Assembly (NCBI GenBank): GCA_051294375.1
Contig: CM119263.1
Span: 4,444,637-4,458,033, forward strand
Length of the DNA: 13,397 nt
Source: Paraspadella gotoi
Lineage: Eukaryota > Animalia > Chaetognatha
Reading direction: 5' to 3'
Under the pieces are notes generated by a model. That model was given only the letters and a program-made list of their open reading frames with translations, was not told where the DNA came from and ran no database searches. The translations under genes were made by a program, and so were the position numbers. This document shows, piece after piece, positions 8,552 to 13,397 of the stretch (its first letter is position 1; every line of letters starts with the position of its first letter).

Positions 8552-8865
8552 CCTCGATGCACTCTAGTTTTCGTAAGACCCTCTCGGCGCTCCACGTCCC
8601 AACCCCAAATTACCTAGCTCGCGCATGGTTCTCTCCCAGTCCGCAGGAACCGAGTCTTTGGATCCCGCTAGTCCCCCCGTCCCCGCCTCCCCCCTTTGAC
8701 TCGATCCCCTTGTTTCCCCTTGCCCGCCCGCTGACGTCTCGAGCGGACCCAATGTACCCATAACCACCCTTCTCTCCTCCAGAGAGCACGAAGTTTCAGG
8801 AAAGACCCGGCGGTTTTCGGGGCGACTCCATGAGGAGACATTCTCTGCGGGTGATCGCGTTGACG

Positions 8866-8960
8866 CAGACGACGACGGAGCGCACGGACGACGACGACGG
8901 ACGGACGACGACGACGAACGACGTACGACGACGACACGACGCTGACGACGACGACGCACG
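8866..8960 (+). repeat. (GAC)n microsatellite
   Basis: Interrupted GAC run; falls in the part of the duplication that is N-masked in copy 2. Confidence 0.9.
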
Positions 8961-9180
8961 ATCAACAGAAAAAAGAATCCAAGACAAAAGAAAGCCCAAA
9001 AAGCATTTCGAGTCTGGAAAGAAAAGTTTGCTTTAATCGTGTCTTCGCAGATCGTGCAGTTTTTGAGTAATAAACGTCGTGATTTCAACTCGAAAAAAAC
9101 AAAGTAAAGCAAAAAAATTATCTCCTTTTTTTAGATCGGATCTGCTTATCAGCATGCATCCCGACTCTATAACTTGCCAC

Positions 9181-10690
9181 TTTTTTATAACTCACTTTTT
9201 CATGGCTCCGTTCGTGTTCCGCCCCACTCAATATTGTCGGGGCACACACTTATATCATGGTCAGAACATCGAATTATGCATAAATTAATTGCAAAAAAAT
9301 GATGTCCGTCCCGTCCGTCTGTCCGTTTCCGTCCGTTCCGTCTTCCGCTCGCGTCGTCCGGCTCCCACCTTAGCAAAAAACACCCGAACTTGACTCGTGT
9401 ATTGGATTGGTATATGGATTTAAATGAAAATTTGTGTTGTGGGCATAGGTATAGTGGTCTGATTGAGCTGGCGATTAATTAGAGTTTCGATGTGAATCGT
9501 TTCCCGAGGTGGAAATGAGTCTTAAATGCTCGAGAAAAACAAAAAAAAATATATTCAACTATTTTGAAACAGCCAATTGCTCATGAGGTGGATGGGCGCC
9601 TGATTACCTGGATGGTAATGTTTTGGATAGTGGGTAGGAAAGTGTGTGTAGGTTTGAACAGGCGAAATTCAAGTTTCGATGGAACTAGTTTGGAGTGAAA
9701 TGAAGTTGTTTTTAAATGGAATAAAAAGAAAAACAAAAAACCGGTAGTTTTACTATAAGTTTGACTTATGTCTTACTTTTTCCTTTTATTTATTAAATGT
9801 GAGTCTCTGCAGGATGTATTTAATAATATCAAAATGAATTAATCAGTTTAATTAATCAATTTAGTAAAATAAATTAATCAATCAATTATATTAATTAGTC
9901 AATCGATATCCGGATCCATCCGTCCCATCGTTAGCAAAAACATCCAATAACTCTGTGAATTGGCCCTGAGTTGGATTGGGACATTAAATTTTAGTGGTGT
10001 AGATCTGTCTGTGGCACCTTGTTAGAGGTAGGGAAGTAAGTGTGTGAATTACAAGTCTGTGATATAAAATTTCGATTGGCTAAGTACGTGGTGAGTAGGA
10101 TAAATTAGTTTGAAATTGGAAAAAACATAAGGTGCGTAATTTACCCTAAAATGCGTTTTTTACTTATTTGATTAACCAATGCAAATTACTCCGAAGTAAT
10201 CATAATTGCATGGATATTATTGGGCAGTTGATAACTTTTGTTGTGGTGTAGGGTCACGGAGTTCGATTGTGAGAAAATCGGTTCTTATGTACACGAAGTG
10301 CTTGTCGATATAGAAGTTTCAGTGGAAACGATACCAGTGGAAAAATGAGTTGAAAATGAATATAAAATAATTGAGTCACCATTTACTATGAATCTTTTTA
10401 TTTATTCTCTAACCCTGTATGATAGTATTGTCAGATGTGAAATTTTTGGTGAGCCGTAGCTGCGGCAGGTAGGAAAGTGAGTGAAGGAGTGAAGATAGCG
10501 TATCGTAGATATTAATGTAGTTTTTGAACGCGTAAGTGCTAAAGTGTTGAATACAAGAAGGCTGAGGCACTATGTCAGGTAATGGAATGTCGTTCTGCAA
10601 GTTGATAAAAATGAATGGCAATGTGTAGAATAATAATCTTAGAACAGCATTTAAAGGGACTGTGTGCGGTGCGATATCATCGCAATGAAC
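9181..10690 (+). mobile_element. Possible DINE-1/HINE-like non-autonomous Helentron remnant
   Basis: T-run, imperfect hairpin GCCCCACTCAATATTGTCGGGGC (9221-9243), GTCC/GTCT microsatellite (9304-9360), four degenerate ~190-250 bp units, small hairpin TGCGAT-ATC-ATCGCA (10670-10684). Boundaries uncertain; no matching subterminal inverted repeat pair identified. Confidence 0.45.
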
Positions 10691-11018
10691 ATAAGATGTT
10701 GTAGAGGGATTTGAAGCAAGAGGAGTCTGAGTCGCACCACACCGACCAAATCCTACGAGAGCAGTATCTCAAATATAAAGATGTGTTGGAGAGATGGAGA
10801 GATCACGACGGAGCTACTTATACGTCAGTGCTACCTTGGTCTGGCTCCGATCGTACGTCCGTCTAATGTTGAAATGGATGACACGTGACGGAGAGCGTTA
10901 TGAGAGAGGTGCTGGCTCTGTGAGAGGAGAGAAGAGAGATAAGCCGAACCATATAGAACATAAAAAATTCTTAAAAAGAGATCTCTCTCCTTTNNNNNNN
11001 NNNNNNNNNNNNNNNNNN

Positions 11019-11740
11019 AAAAAGGCGCTCATTTATATCTCAACGCCGTCGCGACCTCTAACCAATCGTAAGAACCTTTTTCTTGGCGCCATTTCTGTCG
11101 GCCTGAGGGATTTTGAAAAGCTTTAATTGTCGGCCCATGGCGACGTTCGAAGCGAACATGTCGGGTGGCGCCAGATTTGAAAAGAAGTTCGCGTCGGGGA
11201 TTCGAACTCGCGACCTCGGGAACGACGGCGGAGGACGTGACGCGATGTGACGATTCAGAGCTGATCGCGCCTCATCACTCTAGTTTTCGTAAGACCCTTC
11301 GGCCTTCCACGTCCCAACCCCAAATTACCAGTCGCGAGGTTCTCTCCAGTCCGGAGACCAGTCTTTGGATCCCCAGTCCCCNNNNNNNNNNNNNNNNNNN
11401 NNNNNNNNNNNNNNNNNNNNNNNNNNNNNNNNNNNNNNNNNNNNNNNNNNNNNNNNNNNNNNNNNNNNNNNNNNNNNNNNNNNNNNNNNNNNNNNNNNNN
11501 NNNNNNNNNNNNNNNNNNNNNNNNNNNNNNNNNNNNNNNNNNNNNNNNNNNNNNNNNNNNNNNNNNNNNNNNNNNNNNNNNNNNNNNNNNNNNNNNNAAA
11601 AAGAAAAAGAATCAAGACAAAGAAGCCAAAAAGATTTCGAGTCGAAAGAAAAGTTTGCTTAATCTTCTCGCAGATCGTGAGTTTTTGAGAAAAACTCGAT
11701 TTCAATCGAAAAAAAAAAGAAGAAAAATTATCTTTTTTTT
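11019..11740 (+). repeat. Copy 2 of the direct duplication (partner 8263-9130), with internal 216-N gap
   Basis: Starts exactly after the 25-N gap 10994-11018; matches copy 1 on both sides of the gap 11382-11597. Confidence 0.95.
11190..11269 (-). mobile_element. tRNA-like Pol III element / tRNA-derived SINE head, copy 2
   Basis: 80 nt; minus strand CGCGATC-AGCTCTGAATCG...GAGGTCGCGAGTTCGAATCCCC-GACGCG followed by CTTCTTTT. Clear B-box GTTCGAATC, but T-stem and anticodon stem do not pair well, so not a canonical tRNA. Confidence 0.5.
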
Positions 11741-11876
11741 TGTGGAATCGAATCAGAGTATAAGGGAGGATAAGGAAGGTAAGTTAAAATATAAATAACT
11801 AAATAAATTAATTAATTAAATGACTAAAAACTAAATACACTAATAAATCATAAACACAAGAAATTAACGAAACTAC

Positions 11877-11978
11877 CTTTTCAACGACTTTTCGAATTTG
11901 AGATTGAATGTGCGGTACACTGTACTCGTAAACGGTGTTTCTGCCACTGTGGTCGAAGTACAAAAAAGCATGAGGATA
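11877..11978 (-). CDS. Possible unassigned exon fragment
   Basis: Open frame YPHAFLYFDHSGRNTVYEYSVPHIQSQIRKVVEK ending AAG|GTAGTT, followed by AT-rich intron-like DNA. No family recognised; 5' end unclear. Confidence 0.2.
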
Positions 11979-12683
11979 CAAAAGAGAAAGAAAAAAGAAT
12001 TAGGAGAGAATATAAAAAGAAAGTTAAGTAGTTTTAACTTAAAATTTAAGTGAAAAGCGNNNNNNNNNNGCCCCGAATGAGGAGCGGGTTAATTGCGACT
12101 CTGATCTCCGTCGTTCTCTTCTCTTCCGATTTCGTGATTCCGTCTGGAATCTTGAAGCGAGAGAAATCGCGATGCATCGGAATTAGAAATTTCGACGAGG
12201 ATTTGACACAATGCGTCCATCGAAAACTTTGCATCTCTGTAGTAACATTTTATGATTTATTCTAAATGAAATTTTAGAANNNNNNNNNNNNNNNNNNNNN
12301 NNNNNNNNNNNNNNNNNNNNNNNNNNNNNNNNNNNNNNNNNNNNNNNNNNNNNNNNNNNNNNNNNNNNNNNNNNNNNNNNNNNNNNNNNNNNNNNNNNNN
12401 NNNNNNNNNNNNNNNNNNNNNNNNNNNNNNNNNNNNNNNNNNNNNNNNNNNNNNNNNNNNNNNNNNNNNNNNNNNNNNNNNNNNNNNNNNNNNNNNNNNN
12501 NNNNNNNNNNNNTTCCCCAAAAAATCTCTTTCCTCCTCAAAAATACTTGACTTCTATTTTCTTTTCTTTCTGCGCGATTTGTCTTTTCGTTGAAGAAAAA
12601 AAAAATTCTCCAACGTCAGATCGTAAAACACGCGTGACTTGTTTTTACCGTTCGTTCTTACTGAGAGAGACTAGAGAAAGAAT

Positions 12684-12686
<3 letters not shown>

Positions 12687-12735
<49 letters not shown>
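12687..12735 (+). repeat. Perfect (CT)n microsatellite
   Basis: Uninterrupted TC run. Confidence 0.97.
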
Positions 12736-12738
<3 letters not shown>

Positions 12739-13059
12739 TGTTATTACCTTTTTAACTTTTTCTTCTCTTCATCGCCCTTTTCGTCTCTCTAAGTCATTGC
12801 CTCCCTTTGTCATTGCTTTCATCTATTTTTGTCATTGTCTCCTTCATTCATTCATTTTACAGTTCTCCTTACTTTTCTACCTTTCTTCATTCAGTCTTAT
12901 TTAACAAACAAATCTTGTTCATTTTTCTTTTTTAAATTCTTCTAATGTCTTATTCTTATTTCGTAATACTTTTCATTCTTCCATTAATACAATAACTATT
13001 ATTTTATTCTTTTATTTTTTTTCATTTTTAAATCGTTCGTTCTTCTATTCTCCCATTCT

Positions 13060-13290
13060 TTCTGAAATGAGATAAGAATAGTCGAAATGATATGAGAATA
13101 TATTAGAGAATAGAATTGATGAGAATAGAATTGATGAGAAAAGAATTGTGATAATAGATGGGAAGAAAGAGATGAGTAAATTGGACGAAATTTTATGGGA
13201 ACCAACCCAGTGAAGAGATGAGATGAGGAATTGAGTCGTTGAGCTAAAAAGATGAGATGAGGAGTTGAACAGTTGAGGTGATGATCAAAT
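13060..13290 (+). repeat. Degenerate purine-rich repeats (GAGAT/GAATT words)
   Basis: GAGAATAGAATTGAT in tandem at about 13106-13135 and GAGATGAGATGAGGA-like units at about 13215 and 13249. Confidence 0.6.
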
Positions 13291-13397
13291 TAAGAAATAT
13301 AGTAGAGTCGGTGTAAAAGAATTATGTGTTACTTATTTGGGAGGAAAATCCAAGGAGTAAAAAAAAGGGAAAGAAAAAGAAAAATGAAAAAAAAATT

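Larger units (their letters stand above)
8263..9130 (+). repeat. Copy 1 of a ~0.8 kb direct duplication (partner 11019-11740)
   Basis: Collinear from AAAAAGGCGCTCATTTA to AAAAATTATCT; differences are mostly 1-3 nt indels, copy 1 being longer. Confidence 0.95.

Noticed and set aside
8564-9112. 182 aa minus-strand ORF
   Set aside because: Includes a (GTC)n repeat, no recognisable domain, and indels in copy 2 do not preserve the frame.
11190-11269. Functional tRNA gene
   Set aside because: T-stem and anticodon stem do not pair and no anticodon can be assigned; kept only as tRNA-like.
11165-12540. ORFs spanning N gaps
   Set aside because: Their length comes from undetermined bases.

Overview
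Eukaryotic, probably arthropod/crustacean-like (inferred from the dense (GA)n/(CT)n and (GAC)n microsatellites and AT-rich introns), draft-assembly sequence with six N gaps and long-read-type indel noise. Most listed ORFs are translations of simple repeats. Main structure: (1) a frameshift-riddled, spliced minus-strand gene candidate (about 6014 down to 1080, five putative exons) encoding a type II membrane protein whose motif order resembles the SGNH/PC-esterase domain of CASD1-like O-acetyltransferases; (2) a 0.8-1.0 kb inverted repeat (74-907 / 2563-3574) enclosing two of those exons; (3) a ~0.8 kb direct duplication (8263-9130 / 11019-11740) carrying a tRNA-like A-box/B-box element; (4) a DINE-1/HINE-like element at about 9180-10690. 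Both large duplications abut 25-N gaps and differ mainly by small indels, so assembly artefact is the leading explanation for them. No prokaryotic operon, CRISPR array or intact transposase was seen, and no clearly novel system is supported.
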